Positions 13,990 to 28,287 of a stretch of DNA of 64,000 nt are shown here, piece by piece. This DNA comes from Mizuhopecten yessoensis (taxonomy: Eukaryota): contig NW_018404117.1 in assembly GCF_002113885.1 (NCBI RefSeq), positions 211,201 through 275,200 of the forward strand, read 5' to 3'. Numbering within the stretch: the first letter of the stretch is position 1; each line of letters opens with the position of its first letter. The position numbers were made by a program, and so were the translations under genes. Under the pieces are notes generated by a model. It made no database searches, was not told the DNA's origin, and saw only the letters and a list, made by a program, of their open reading frames with translations.

Positions 13990-14394
13990 TGATCTGAAGA
14001 AAAACAATATTCATCAGACAGGTTTTATTCTATGAGGAAATGTACAAACTTACTTATCCTGTTTTATCCTTTATAGAAAACCTAACAGTCAAATACAGAC
14101 TGCTGCATGATACAATAAGAATTTCGGGAGTAAAAACATTTGATTTTAGAATTTTTTCCACTTCTCTAAAGCTAACGAATAATTCCGGGAAGTGCTGAAA
14201 AGTAAGTGCAGACTCAATGTGTCACTAACGAGTTTCACCTAGATAGCAATCACAGGTGCGTGCAGGTGAGACAGGTGAACAAAAACAAATGGCATTTTTA
14301 TCGCCCAGGAAAATAAGATGTCACTTAAATACAGATACAGAGCTAAACATCCAAATGTTGTTTACCCAATTGCAGGAGAAGTTCTGGGATGAAA

Positions 14395-14550
14395 ATATTC
14401 AAAATTCAATATTCATAATTCAGTATTCAGTATTCAGAATTCAATATTCATAATTCAGTATTCAGTATTCAGAATTCAATATTCATAATTCAGTATTCAG
14501 AATTAAGTATTCAGAATTCAGTATTCATAATTCAGTATTCAGAATTCATT
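14395..14550. repeat. Heptamer repeat (ATTCAGT / ATTCAGA / ATTCATA)
   Basis: Direct inspection. Confidence 0.9.
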
Positions 14551-15294
14551 ACATAATATTCATCACATATGAAAATAGCACACACATTATCATTAGCATA
14601 AAACACAAATATCATTTGATGGTCCTGGCTACGTTTGTATTGAATAGGTAGCTTAATTAAAATGATGTTTATGTCATTAACAAAAATGGATTTAATTCAT
14701 GAAAAATAAGAATAAAGTTACATTCAAATGAAAATATTTTGACTTGAGTTTCCCATCTCTGACCCTAAAAAAAGTAGAAATGAGGAGCATCATTTGATTG
14801 CAATCAGGCATGACAATATATGATATATTTAGGATGATCATAATCAAATCACTTTTATCTGATTTGGGTAACTTGTCCACTGCATTACCACTGGCACCAA
14901 AGCAGGCAGTCATTGTATGCAAGGTTAGTCATGGGGGGAGGGGGCACAGCAAGGGTCCGGAAATTAGGTGGGGGGGGGGGGGCATGGGGGGCATAGGAAT
15001 AGGCTGGAAAACAAGGAAATGGGCACAGTCTCAGCAGGCATACAGGATACAACCATGGGACCATCAGCATGTACAGCATGCAAAATGTATCATATAGTAC
15101 CTTTCACCTCACCATGCAACCATGCAGAAGATTCATTTCAATAAAACGAAAAGTAAAAAACTGTCAGCTATAATAATAAGGAAAAAAGTGGGGAAAATAA
15201 CAGCTTATGAGAATAGATTGAAACCGAAGCCTAAGAAACCTTGTGTTTGTCATTTTGTCACAGGCTGAATTGGTCACTCACTGTAGTGAAAGCA

Positions 15295-15690
15295 TTTGGA
15301 GGCATCCCTGACATTTTATATGGGCCAAAGACAGCAATTTTGAGGCATCCCTAACATTTTATATGGGCCAAAGACATCAATTTTGAGGCATCCCTGACAT
15401 TTTATATAGGCCAAAGACAGCAATTTTGAGGCATCCCTGACATTTTATATAGGCCAAAGACAGCAATTTTGAGGCATCCCTGACATTTTATATAGGCCAA
15501 AGACAGCAATTTTGAGGCATCCATGACATTTTATATGGGCCAAAGACAACAATTTTGAGGCATCCCTGACATTGTATATGGGCCAAAGACAGCAATTTTG
15601 CGGCATCCCTGACATTTTATATGGGCCAAAGACAGCAATTTTGAGGCATCCCTGACATTTTATATGGCCCAGAGGGAGCAATTTAAGAAA
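15295..15690. repeat. 43-bp minisatellite (GGCATCCCTGACATTTTATATGGGCCAAAGACAGCAATTTTGA), ~9 copies
   Basis: Units start at 15301, 15344 and onward. Confidence 0.96.
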
Positions 15691-17668
15691 CCCTTGACCA
15701 TGCACTCATATTTGATTCCAATTGGAAGAACCTCCAGAACTTGAATTAACTGTAACCAACGGCCTCTTACAGCGTCCAAAGAAACGGGCACTAGGATGAG
15801 GTCTAATAACAAACGTTTCTTGCTGCTTGTCTAGCGTGAAACCTTTTAGAGTCTCCCCATTCTTCAATGAGGATTAGCGTTGTGAAAGGCAAGATTCTTT
15901 TGGATGTGAAGGATAACAACGAAACTGCCCTGAACATGTTCACAATACTGTGATAATGATGAATACATATCTTGATTCAAATTTGTCTCTAAGGAAAAAT
16001 CCATATTTGTTTAATGAATATATACACCTTGGATTTTCTGCATATATAATAACAAATGAGTCAGCTTGGAACTAAGTCAGGACCACATCAAAGTCATGAT
16101 TCACTGAGAAAGATTTCTTTTCCATTGAAGTCAGCATCTTAGCCTTGCTTACCCAGCAGTCTAATCATTGGACCAACACACAATACATATACTTGTTTTT
16201 TTAATTAGGCGGTCAAATCAATTGCAATATGATCCAGTGATCAATATTGCTGTTTTGTTCAAACTTCCCAAGCCATTTCAAAAGACTATCACATAATTAA
16301 TCGAGAGTTGACTGGTACGTCTGTTCAAGTGTTTCCTCTTGCGGTTGTTTTTGTGTCGATATTAGAAAGATACCTAAAGAATAAAGCGTTGTCAACACCA
16401 CAACAAATTATCCCGTTCTAGTAATATATAAAATTGCGATGTTGTCTCAGTAAAACTGAAAGCTGGCCTTTCTAACTGATCGCCATATTGACTCTGCGTG
16501 AACTGATAACGGGTCCCTTCGTAGTTTACCTCAGCACAACAAATACATTCCAATGGCCGGTTTTTGCTGCTATACACAGGCACCTAGTGCGATAAGCCAT
16601 ATCAGTTTTTTACCCACGGCTCAGTGGCTCATATTGCGGCCATCAATGATGTACTTCAATTGTGTTATTTATCTCGCTGCTGATATATCCTCGTTACGAA
16701 ATGTCTGATAAACATTTAATGGCGATGGCCCCTAATTTACCTCCACGGTGTGGACACTTTTTTCACAATTTTACCTTCTAGCATGCAGTTTTATAGCATT
16801 TTTAGAGGCAAACAAATAAAAACAGCTATCTGTTGACATCATGCTTGACTCTGCTCGTGTAACTACAAATTATAAACTTCCGGCCAACCATGTCAATTCA
16901 TAAATATCAAAAAATTGATTTTCACTTCTGTATTTTAAGTTCATCCTACAACCTTCATGTGAAAGGATACATACCATTATAACAACTGCATGATAAGCTA
17001 AACAAGTTCAAGTTTAAATTAAAATGTACTCTCAGTAAAATATGAATATGCTGACAAGAATGTTTGTCATTATAAAATATAATTTGCTTACTTTAACCAA
17101 TAATTAAATAAAAATATGAAATCAAATTTTTAATGGTTCCCGTAATGTTCTCCTGGTCTGATTGACCACAACAAGATGTACACAAAGGCCGAAGATAAAA
17201 ACATTCTACAACCTGCTATTTTCTCACAGTATCATGTTTCACCACTGGTCTTGGTTCAGTTGCATACCATGAACTATAATTTGGTTTGAACTGTTCCAAA
17301 ATTTTATTTCAAAGACCAGATAAATTAGAAATAGTGATATGTTGTTATAAAATTTCTATGCGATATTTGGAGGTAAGAGTATATATACAGCATATCTTGT
17401 TCGTAACAAGTCTGAAAGTGAAAGGTTATATTTTGATAAAGATATATAAGCATGAGAAAAATACATTGCTTGTTACAATATCTATAAAATCAAGATAATA
17501 AGAATGCAAAGGATGTGATTATTATGACTCAAGCATGCTAAAAGCATATATATATACATTTCCATGCAAGTTATAATTTCTACTAGCCACCATTACCGTA
17601 AAAAGCATGTAATAAAAGGAACTTTTTTTTAATAAAAAAAGGTTTTGCCAAGCAACAAACAGACTTAC

Positions 17669-17766
17669 GCTGGCATTTTCAAAAAGTCCTGTTGCCATGA
17701 CAATGCAATGGACACTTTCTTGCCAAACCATGTGCCAAAATGCTGGAACTGTTTTCTGTTTTGGAC
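17669..17766 (-). CDS. PTP-domain gene exon 5 (GPKQKTVPAFWHMVWQESVHCIVMATGLFENAS), 98 nt, motifs 5-6
   Basis: Acceptor TTTTCTCTCAAACAG, donor GTAAGT. Contains the FWxMVW and IVMxT motifs. Confidence 0.95.
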
Positions 17767-18681
17767 CTGTTTGAGAGAAAAGGAGGGGAAAGTTTTATAT
17801 ACCGCATACAGTAAAATGTTTATGCCTCTTAAATTGATAGCTCCAATAATCACACCATATTTTAATGATGACATCAATCTAGCATTTCAAGGAACAAATT
17901 GAAAAGGTTTGATTCCCCAAATACCGATTAAGTGTCAGTTGTTTTATAATATATTGAACCAAATTATCTATTTTCAACGAAACTAGAATTTACCAAAGAT
18001 TAGATAGATAATTGTTCACATACAATTTAATTATGATTGTCAGTTAACTTATTAAAGCTTAATGGATTGATCCATAGTTCCAAGGCTTATTGCCATATTT
18101 ATCCTGGAATAAGTGAGGAGGCCGACACATAATTTCTGATTGAATGAAGAAGTGGGACAATAGAATAACATTTGTTGACATTTCTACTTAACTGCATATA
18201 TACGGATGGGCTTATTACCCGACATTCTCAGATATATATGTAATCTAATGCTTTAATCAAGTCTATTAATGATCTTGTTAACTCAAGATCAGTCTTCAAA
18301 TGACAGACTCTCTGTATTTCTGTCCATTTAAAGCTTACATTTATCCTTCAAAGTTGTCTGACTGACTTTCTTTGATTTCATTTTTATTTTATTACACAAA
18401 ATAAAATATTGACTTGAAATTTATTACCTCAAAAAAAAATGTAAAAATTCCTTTTAGATTGTAAAGAACTGTTTTATTTTCCCTATATGTGCTTCACTCT
18501 ACCTAAAACTTACCTTTTTTCACTAGTTATAAATAAGTACACACTTGAAATGTTAATTATGGTCCATGTAATATATTAATCTAGCAGGAATATTTTGTGA
18601 AATAGAAAGGTTTTACCTTATGCCTTGACTGTACCCTAATTTTTTGGAAGCCTAAAGCACGCAATAAGCAATTGGTTTGTA

Positions 18682-20159
18682 AACAAGAGATCCCAGAGGG
18701 ATCTTGGCGCCCACCTTTGTACCATCTTCATTAGTTCTTTGTCAGTTCGATCTTTTCTCTTCTTTCCTCTAATCTGTTTGATCGAGTCATGTTAACAGTA
18801 AATGCACCTTGAGGTAACTTTTGATCTAAACTTAATACTGATGTGTATGAAAGCCAACCTTCAAAGTGAGTTTGTCATTTCACATATTTACTAGTACAGT
18901 ACTTAATGTGAAAGAAATAGAATCGATCATTGCAATATGAGAAAGATCTGTTTAGTTCTTCTTTTAATCCATTTTGTTTTTATGATCAGTCTCAAAATAT
19001 AACATACACAACGAGGGATCAAGGGGAACCTACATTTAAAANNNNNNNNNNNNNNNNNNNNNNNNNNNNNNNNNNNNNNNNNNNNNNNNNNNNNNNNNNN
19101 NNNNNNNNNNNNNNNNNNNNNNNNNNNNNNNNNNNNNNNNNNNNNNNNNNNNNNNNNNNNNNNNNNNNNNNNNNNNNNNNNNNNNNNNNNNNNNNNNNNN
19201 NNNNNNNNNNNNNNNNNNNNNNNNNNNNNNNNNNNNNNNNNNNNNNNNNNNNNNNNNNNNNNNNNNNNNNNNNNNNNNNNNNNNNNNNNNNNNNNNNNNN
19301 NNNNNNNNNNNNNNNNNNNNNNNNNNNNNNNNNNNNNNNNNNNNNNNNNNNNNNNNNNNNNNNNNNNNNNNNNNNNNNNNNNNNNNNNNNNNNNNNNNNN
19401 NNNNNNNNNNNNNNNNNNNNNNNNNNNNNNNNNNNNNNNNNNNNNNNNNNNNNNNNNNNNNNNNNNNNNNNNNNNNNNNNNNNNNNNNNNNNNNNNNNNN
19501 NNNNNNNNNNNNNNNNNNNNNNNNNNNNNNNNNNNNNNNNNNNNNNNNNNNNNNNNNNNNNNNNNNNNNNNNNNNNNNNNNNNNNNNNNNNNNNNNNNNN
19601 NNNNNNNNNNNNNNNNNNNNNNNNNNNNNNNNNNNNNNNNNNNNNNNNNNNNNNNNNNNNNNNNNNNNNNNNNNNNNNNNNNNNNNNNNNNNNNNNNNNN
19701 NNNNNNNNNTGGTACTTCTTGAGAAATAGCGAAAACAAACTTTCACTATCAAAATCCAAGATGGCTGCCTGTCGGCCATGTTGTTTATCCGATCAGTCTC
19801 AAAAGTTGCACTGCACAGCTAAGGACCAAGGGGAACCTGCATATAAAATTTGAGAAAGACCCTTATGGTACTTCTTGAGAAATAGCGATAACAAACTTTC
19901 ACTATCAAAATCCAAGATGGCTGCCTGTCGGCCATGTTGTTTATCCGATCAGTCTTAAAAGTTGCCCTGCACAGCTAAGGACCAAGGGGAACCTTATAAA
20001 ATTTGAGAAAGATCCCTGTGGTACTTCTTGAGAAATAGCGATAACAAGAATTGTTTACGGACGGACGACGGACGACGGACGACGGACAACGGACGGACCA
20101 CGGACCACGGACGCAGGGTGATTTGAATAGCCCACCATCAGATGATGGTGGGCTCAAAA
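18682..20159 (-). mobile_element. Helentron/HINE (pearl-like) non-autonomous element A with 156-bp core repeats; spans the assembly gap
   Basis: Left end: AACAAG, palindrome AGATCCC-aga-GGGATCT, then GCCCACC. Cores at 19711, 19867 and 20020. GACG microsatellite. 12-bp stem AGCCCACCATCA-ga-TGATGGTGGGCT followed by an A-run. Strand follows Helentron convention. Confidence 0.85.
19042..19709. other. Assembly gap (668 N), probably about four unresolved 156-bp core units
   Basis: Both flanks are core-repeat sequence of element A. Confidence 0.95.
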
Positions 20160-20221
20160 TATACCATAAGTCTTTCATAAGGCTAACATGCAGTATATTG
20201 TAAATGTTATCTCTGACCTAC

Positions 20222-20258
20222 CTTGTGAAGCGATGTATTCCTTTTCTTGACTGTAACC
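20222..20258 (-). CDS. PTP-domain gene exon 4, 37-nt micro-exon (GYSQEKEYIASQ-G), motif 4
   Basis: Acceptor TTGTATGTTACAG, donor AAG|GTAGGT. YIAxQGP motif is completed across the junction. Too short for the ORF track. Confidence 0.93.
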
Positions 20259-20443
20259 CTGTAACATACAAACCAAATAATATTTGGATAACTATAGGAA
20301 TTATCATTAACCTCTTCACTCCCCTTTATAAAGCCCACAAGACTATTATATGCTCACTTCTTTATACTGCGGACTTTTGCCAAGCAACATTTTGGCATTA
20401 TAATAGGGTTTGGCTATATCTCAAGGGACACATATATATAAAA

Positions 20444-21428
20444 AACAAGAGGCCCATGGGCCTTAACGGTCACCTGAGTCTATAGTATTTATTTGTGTTG
20501 TTGAAATATGTACCAATTTGAGTAAAAAATAGTATAATGTTAACTTAACTTCGTCAGGACCATGAGCTGATCATTCCTAGACCAATTTTAAGTGAGATCT
20601 GCCTATTAGAACTTAGTAGCAAAATAGCAGCCATGGCAGCCAAATTGTATTTCTGATTGACCCGAAAAATAACAACACTTTGTCAGGACCATGAGTCAAT
20701 CATTCCTACGAAGTTTCAGTTCACTCGGCCTAGCAGAACTTGACTTTAAGTTTGAAATAGATTTTCAAAATGGCGGCCGTGGTGGCCATATTGGATTTCT
20801 GAACGACCCGGAAAATAACAACACTTTGTCAGGACCATGAGCTGATCATTCCTACCAACTTTCAGTTCAATCGGTCCAGCAGAACTTGACTTTAAGTTTG
20901 AAATAGGTTTTCAAAATGGCGGCCGTGGTGGCCATATTGGGTTTCTAATCGACCCGAAAAATAACAACACTTTGTCACGACCATGAGGCGATCATTCCTA
21001 CCAACTTTCAGTTCAATCGGTCCAGCAGAACTTGACTTTAAGTTTGAAATAGGTTTTCAAAATGGCGGCCGTGGTGGCCATATTGGGTTTCTAATCGACC
21101 CGAAAAATAACAACACTTTGTCACGACCATGAGGCGATCATTCCTACGAACTTTCAGTTCAATCGGCCCAGCAGAACTTGACTTTAAGTTTGAAATAGGT
21201 TTTCAATAGGGCGACCGTGGTGTCCATATTGGATTTCTAATCGACCCGAAAAATAACAACACTTTGTCACGACCATGAGGCGATCATTCCTACCAACTTT
21301 CAGTTCAATCGGCCCAGCAGAACTTGACTTTAAGTTTGAAATGTAAAATGTTAACGGACGACGGACGACGACGGACGAAAACGGATAGCAATAGGTCACT
21401 TGAGCTAAAGCTCAGGTGACCTAAAAAA
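20444..21428 (-). mobile_element. Helentron/HINE-like element B with ~5 x 146-bp core repeats
   Basis: Left end AACAAG-AGGCCCATGGGCCT-TAAC-GGTCACCTGAG. Cores at 20821 and 20967. GACG microsatellite. Hairpin TAGGTCACTTGAGC-taaa-GCTCAGGTGACCTA followed by an A-run. Confidence 0.9.
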
Positions 21429-23354
21429 CTGTTAAAAAACCCCAGGAAAAGTTGAAACTTTTCAGCAGTAAGCGAGGTTTTATATAAATAAGTGGCAATA
21501 TAAAGAGGTTTCCCTGTAGTTGTACAGCTGTTATATAGTTTAATTGAAAGCTGAAATCTTTAATTACTAGCCTACAGTTATAGTCTGTACAGGTCTGTGT
21601 CTTCTTGAGAAATTCCACCAAATACTTTTCCTGAAGGCAAAACTCATCCAAGATTCATTCTAGTAGTATATTTATTCTGCTTTGACACCAAACCGTACAA
21701 AATGTACAGCCATGACATCATAACTGCATTAGTTCCACTGGAAGTGTCACGGTAACCTTCAATGATTTACAGGGCTTAATTTTCAAATTTCTATTGACAC
21801 AAATCTTATATACATGCATTCAAATTGCATTATGTGTGTTTTTTCTTCACTGGTTACATTCACGCATTTTGAAAATATTGACAACTTGATGAAACAGGGT
21901 CCTGGAGAACAGGTGTGGACATTTCACACGCCATATATCTGTTTATCTCATTGTTTCTTCATAGGCCATCAGTGCCTTACAGTAGCAGCGGTACAGCAAG
22001 ACACTCAACTTGTTTACTGAACAATAGGTAAGTGTGTCTATTGATATCTGTCCTTTCATGGCAGTGGTGGAAAATGTTCTATTACCAAACAATGCTTGTA
22101 ACATATATTCAGTGTTCTTATAACTCTGACAGAAATTTCCTGTCACAAATCAATCCACTGTCACTAATTATCAAATTTAAAACAAATTTATTTCCCATTT
22201 CTGACAAGATCTATGGAAGTGCCGTGCAGTGCTGTCAACCGATCGGCAGAAACAACAAAAAACTTCAATGCTCATCCATTATAACGGGATGCACGTATGG
22301 TTGATTGTCGATCAGGGAAACAATACATCGTTTTTCTGAAAGGAATTGTCCCAGTAGAGAATTAAAGCGAAAACAGGCTAATAGATTTATATCTATCATA
22401 TGTTATATGATTCACAATTCTTAACTTTATTTTTACGATTTAGCATTTCTCTAAGTATTGCAGTATTAAATACGATGACTTTGCATTAAATGTTTTTCAT
22501 AATCAATTATGTGTAAATTACTCAAATATTTTCTTTAATGGTAGGTTGACTAATTGTTTCCAGAAGTGATTTAAATGATATTATACCTTATCTGTATAAC
22601 AGCATGTCTGTTCAATCCCCTTATTTGCAGCCTCTATAGAAAACTAAGCAAGAGGCACCATGCACACCAAAGATGAGTGACTGAAGTAGATGACAGCATT
22701 GGCACGAAAGCCAGGTCACTGGTGTGATAATGTTCTTTTTTCATCATATGATATATGTATTGCCCCTGCAGTAGGGAAACATGTGTCTTTGTTTCCCCTT
22801 GATTAATCATGTTTTACTCAGGCCTCACTCTTGTGAAATATAATTCATTATTAATTTTAAAAATTAGTGTTCCCTACCACAATGGCTTACAAATTATAAA
22901 GTTCTCTAGTGTAACATTGTGCAGTGGGAAATTTGCTGGTAACATTGTGTAATAGAGGTTTGCCTGGAATTTTCAATACTGTATAATACCTCAAATGGAC
23001 TTCTTCATAACTACCCCTCCAGGTGGGATAGAGGATTCTGAAACGAAATATTTGGAAGAGAAGAGGCAGAATGCAATTCATGTATATATCACCTTAGTAG
23101 TGAATTTCCCACTTGGCCAATTAAAGACTAAACATCTCTATTGCACAATTAAATGCCACTTCTAAACAAAACCTAATCCATCAGGAAGGCATACAACATT
23201 ACGGAGGAAAACAGCTACTTCTAATACTTTGATGTCTGTAGTGAGCATCAAATTCCATTTGTTATTATTAATTAGGAAGACAGGAGAATGTTTAAAACCG
23301 TAAATATGCAAACCTAAGATCGAAGCTCATTCTAAGTGGTATACACAGAACCTG

Positions 23355-25340
23355 AGATCTATGGGCTCATTATCAGTCATATATGATAGAGAGTCTATGA
23401 TATGGGCTATGGGCTCACTATCAGTCATATATGATAGAGATCCTATGATATGGGCCATATATGGGCTCACTATCAGTATGATATGGGCTATGGGCTCACT
23501 ATCAGTCGTATATGATATAGGGCCTATGACATGGGCTATATATGGGCTCACTATCATTATGATATGGGCTATGGGCTCACTATCAGTTATATATGATAGA
23601 GTACCTATGATATGGGCTCACTATCAGTCATATATGATATAGAGCCTATGATATGGGCTCACTATCAGTATATGGGTTATGGGCTCACTATCAGTGATAT
23701 ATGATATAGAGCCTATGATATGGGATATGGGCTCACTATCAGTCATATATGATATAGAGCCTATGATATGGGCTGTATGTGGGCTCACTATCAGTATGAT
23801 ATGGTTTATGGGCTCACCATCAGTGATATATGATAGAGTACCTATGATATGGGCTCACTATCAGTTATATATGATATAGGGCCTATGATATGTCCTATAT
23901 GTGGGCTCACTATCAGTATGATATGGGCTATGGGCTCACTATCATTTATATATGATATAGAGCCTTTGATATGGGCTATGGGCTCACTATCATTTAATTA
24001 TGATAGAGAGCCTATGATATTGGCTCACTATCAGTTATATATGATATAGAACCTAATATATGTGCTATATATGGGCTCACTATCAGTATGATATGAGTTA
24101 TGGACTCACTATCAGTAATATATGATATAGAGCCTAAGATATGGTCTATATATGGGCTCACCATCAGTATTATATGGGTTATGGACTCACTATCAGTGAT
24201 ATATGATATAGAGCCTATGATATGGGCTATATGTGGGCTCACTATCAGTATGATATGGGTTATGGGCTCACTATCAGTGATATATGATAGAGTACCTATG
24301 ATATGGGCTCACTATCAGTTATATATGATATAGGGCCTATGATATGGGCTATATGTGGGCTCACTATCAGTATGATATGGGCTATGGGCTCACTATCATT
24401 TATATATGATATAGAGCCTTTGATATGGGCTATGGGCTCACTATCATTTAATTATGATAGAGAGCCTATGATATTGGCTCACTATCAGTTATATATGATA
24501 TAGAACCTAATATATGTGCTATATATGGGCTCACTATCAGTATGATATGAGTTATGGACTCACTATCAGTAATATATGATATAGAGCCTAAGATATGGTC
24601 TATATATGGGCTCACCATCAGTATTATATGGGTTATGGACTCACTATCAGTGATATATGATATAGAGCCTATGATATGGGCTCACTTTCAGTCATATATG
24701 ATATAGGGCCTATGCTATGAGCTATATGTGGGCTCACTATCAGTATGATATGGGCTATGGGCTCACTATCAGTTATATATGATATAGAGCCTAAGATATG
24801 TGCTATATATGGGCTCACTATGAGTATGATATGGGATATGGGCTCACTATCAGGCATATATGATATAGAGCCTAAGATATATGCTATATATGGGCTCACT
24901 ATCAGTCATATATGATATAGAGCATATGATATGGGCTATATGTGGGCTCACTATCAGTATGATATGAGTTATGGACTCACTATCAGTAATATATGATATA
25001 GAGCCTATGATATGGGCTATATGTGGGCTCACTATCAGTATGATATGGACTATGGACTCACTATCAGTGATATATAATATAGAGCCTAAGATATGGGCTC
25101 ACTTTCAGTCATATATGATAGAGCCTATGATATGAGCTATGGGCTCACTATCATTTATATATGATAGAGAGCCTATGATATGGGCTATGGGCTCACTATC
25201 ATTTAATTATGATAGAGAGCCTATGATATGGGCTATATGTGGGCTCACTATCAGTATGATATGGGCTATTGGCTCAATATCATTTAAATATGATAGAGAG
25301 CCTATGATATGGGCTATATGTGGGCTCACTTCCTATGACA
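23355..25340. repeat. ~2-kb compound minisatellite (ATGGGCTCACTATCAG / ATATATGATATAGAGCCT modules) with an internal ~454-bp block duplication
   Basis: Near-identical ORFs at 23849 and 24303, offset 454. Confidence 0.95.
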
Positions 25341-27282
25341 CACAGGTTGTTACTTATATGTACTTAAGTAGACAATAAGTTGACAGAAAAGCCTGAAGAT
25401 AACTACACTGATGCATTAAAGATCTTCTCATTGTTTCTTTATTGTTTCACACAGAAAGAAATAATAACTCTCATACAGTACTAAATTAACGAGACAATGT
25501 GAAAATCATGTAGCAACCAACCCAATGAAAATTGGATCACAAACTATGTGGAGGACTATATAGGTCCCAAAATATCCCACTGAAATGAGATATAGTGATT
25601 CTAAGGCAAACACGGTTTCTCTGGAGGCTGCTAACCCACACCTTGAAGTGTCCACAAGTTTATAAGAAGTGACAATGTACAGCAGCTCATGATCAGACAG
25701 CAAGCTCGTGATCAAGTTTATTTGAGGAAAGCTTGAAGCTTGAACGCTGCCGATACTAACGAAGCAAGTTGGGTGTTGAGGAAGTTTACGAGTTCTTAAT
25801 CGGAGCCTGACGTTATGTGTTACACTACCTGGGGATGTTATCTCAGCTAAATCGAATAAAACGTACACTAATTTCATCATGAAGCTCCAAAGCTTGGAGG
25901 CCCATGTAATGGAGGTGTGCCTTAAATTATTCCCCCTGTGACCCTGTCTGCTCAGAGAACCAACCAATTAGATTGTCAGACCCCATAATCAGAATAATAG
26001 CTCAGCTTAACAAGACTTCAACATAACATACAGGCTGTAATTTACCAGTGGTTTATTTTATAAATGACTTTTATTATGATTTAACTTCACTGTCTGTTAA
26101 ATCAGTGAAAAAAAAAAAAATCTGACAAGGGTAAATCTATTTGAAAATTGCATTGTTGCAGAATTTTACAAGTGAGAAAAAATATATTGAGTATTCGATT
26201 AAGCTGATTAGTTGTGAGGGGAAGATGTGAATGATAGATACTGAAACAAATGCCTATCACCTTCATCACGATAACACAATATATATATCTATCTACGGGT
26301 TTCAATCACTTCCCGTCACTCCCAAGCTGATCACTTCCTGTCATGCTCAGCGAGTCATTCTTATCACCTTTGGTGATCAATTTCCAAACCATGTGATACA
26401 GCCCGTCAAATTCAGTGATAATGTGTGGGCTAATTTCCACATTACGGCTAATTTCCACATTACTGATAATTTGTCAACGTGATCTACATCCGACGCTAAC
26501 CTTCCGTCAAGTATCACCTAAACATTAACACTGCTGTCAGTACTACAGTGGCCAGTGATCGCTGGTCCTGGTACCACTGCCTAAAAGCTATGTATCTCTT
26601 GCTGGTCGGCAAGGATTATCTCACGTAAAATGACGCCAGCTTGCCGCGTGTCACCATTACCGTCCTTGACGACTCATCACAAGTAACACATATTGTTAAA
26701 CATTAGGGAATAGTACCACAAAACGTGTTGGCGGATTAGTCACTTCCTTGATCTTATAATCTCCGGACAGTTTGACACTGTTCCATTTGAAAAATAGTTA
26801 CATGCATATTTTACAATTCAACAAGGTTTTTAACATTTTGTCTTCATGCATTTGTTTTTATCTTTACACAAATCATATCAGATTTAAGAATAAATTTCAG
26901 CATTTTTGAATACATGTATGTTCAGTCTCTGATCAACTGCATAGGCTGACAAGATCCATAGAAGTTCCCGTAAGGTACCAGTAGTTTCGAAATGAAAACT
27001 TATAAACACTATAATCAACAGTTTACATTACAAACTATAAAGATATTTACTAGATAGTTTTAATTTTGTTATCAAAATACTCCAACATGATAAAAATTAA
27101 ATGTAAATTGAAATGCTTCTTTTTAAAAACATTTGAAATATAACAAATATGAAAACTGCCATCATTTTTTTCAAACATTAATGTTTTTGTTGAATGAATA
27201 TTGAAATCAGTATGCAGTATGTAGATATTTAATTTTTTCCCCCAAATTAGACAACTCTAAACATTGTCTCGTGTTGCGGGAC

Positions 27283-27358
27283 TGGACTGTGTCGATTGTC
27301 AGTTGGTAGAGGTCAGTCTAGAGTTGGGAGGGTCCAAAATTTGAACCCAGTCTGGCCA
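27283..27358 (+). mobile_element. Degenerate tRNA-derived SINE head
   Basis: A-box-like TCAGTTGGTAGAG and B-box-like TTTGAACCC, ending GTCTGGCC. Related to the reverse complement of 31207-31270. Confidence 0.5.
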
Positions 27359-27600
27359 TACTAATCCAGGGGTATATAGAGACATAAAATTGGATAATGT
27401 TTATTAGACAAGATACGGTACTAATGTGACTGTCTAGACAATGTGCACAGATTACAAGTCTATGTATCGAACCCAATAAAACACTCCATAACCCCTGCTG
27501 TGTCTAAAATTAGATCGTTTGTGTCAGGAAAAAAAGCTGTATTAAGGTCTATTCCAGGAGTAATATATGACCATGCCTAATGCTACCTAGCCATTTAGTC

Positions 27601-27654
27601 AGAATAACTATACGGGACAGAATAACTATACGGGACAGAATAACTATACGGGAA
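27601..27654. repeat. 18-bp unit x3 (AGAATAACTATACGGGAC)
   Basis: Direct inspection. Confidence 0.9.
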
Positions 27655-28287
27655 CACTACATTCCTTCCCACTTCATTTTGCTTCTAGAATTTTCGGCAG
27701 AGCTTTTTCATCATTCTGGTACCTACTGCATCATACAGTGCAGACTGACTGCTGATAACAATACCGTTTCTAGACTCCCTACTAAAAGTGTGAAATTACA
27801 TCTCAAAATGATGTTCGGCCCACACACTTCCTAATAAACCCCTCGTTTTACATCCAAGCAGCATATTTAACATTATCTTATGCATGAAACCTGTCAAAAG
27901 GAATATTTACCTCTTACTGCCTCACGAATAACAATGGTATCATGTATTTACACAGCATCCCATTCTATGTTTAAGATGGCATAATTAACACATGAGAATA
28001 ACTTAACAAGCAAAACTTAAATGGTATGTCACTCTCTAGTTTCATTTGGGATGGCATAATAAACACATGAGAAATGACAACTGTTGCTAATGGGAAAAGA
28101 CAAATATCAAATTTTTCCATGGTAGAATATGATAAAAGCAAATAGTATATATCTATGAGATGGCATAATTATAACACATGAGAAATGCTAGTTCAACTTA
28201 ACTATAAAAACTAAAATGGTATGTCACTGTGTTTTCTTACATCTAAATGCGTACCTTCCATATTAAATGTTGGATTAAAGAGTATTA

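Noticed and set aside
10838-18218. GTAATAAGCCCA (10838) and TGGGCTTATTAC (~18207) as TIRs of one 7.4-kb transposon
   Set aside because: The match is short, the interval includes host exon 5, and no transposase is present. Independent fragments are more likely.
18930-19853. ORFs of 246-307 aa
   Set aside because: Artefacts of reading through the N gap.
25506-25967. 153-aa ORF with LSDHELLY, recalling the SDH motif of LINE endonucleases
   Set aside because: No other endonuclease or reverse-transcriptase motifs are visible. An HMM search would be needed.
27283-27358. Possible functional tRNA gene (also 31207-31270 and 60060-60125)
   Set aside because: Stems and B-boxes are too degenerate for a cloverleaf, so these are treated as SINE-like heads.
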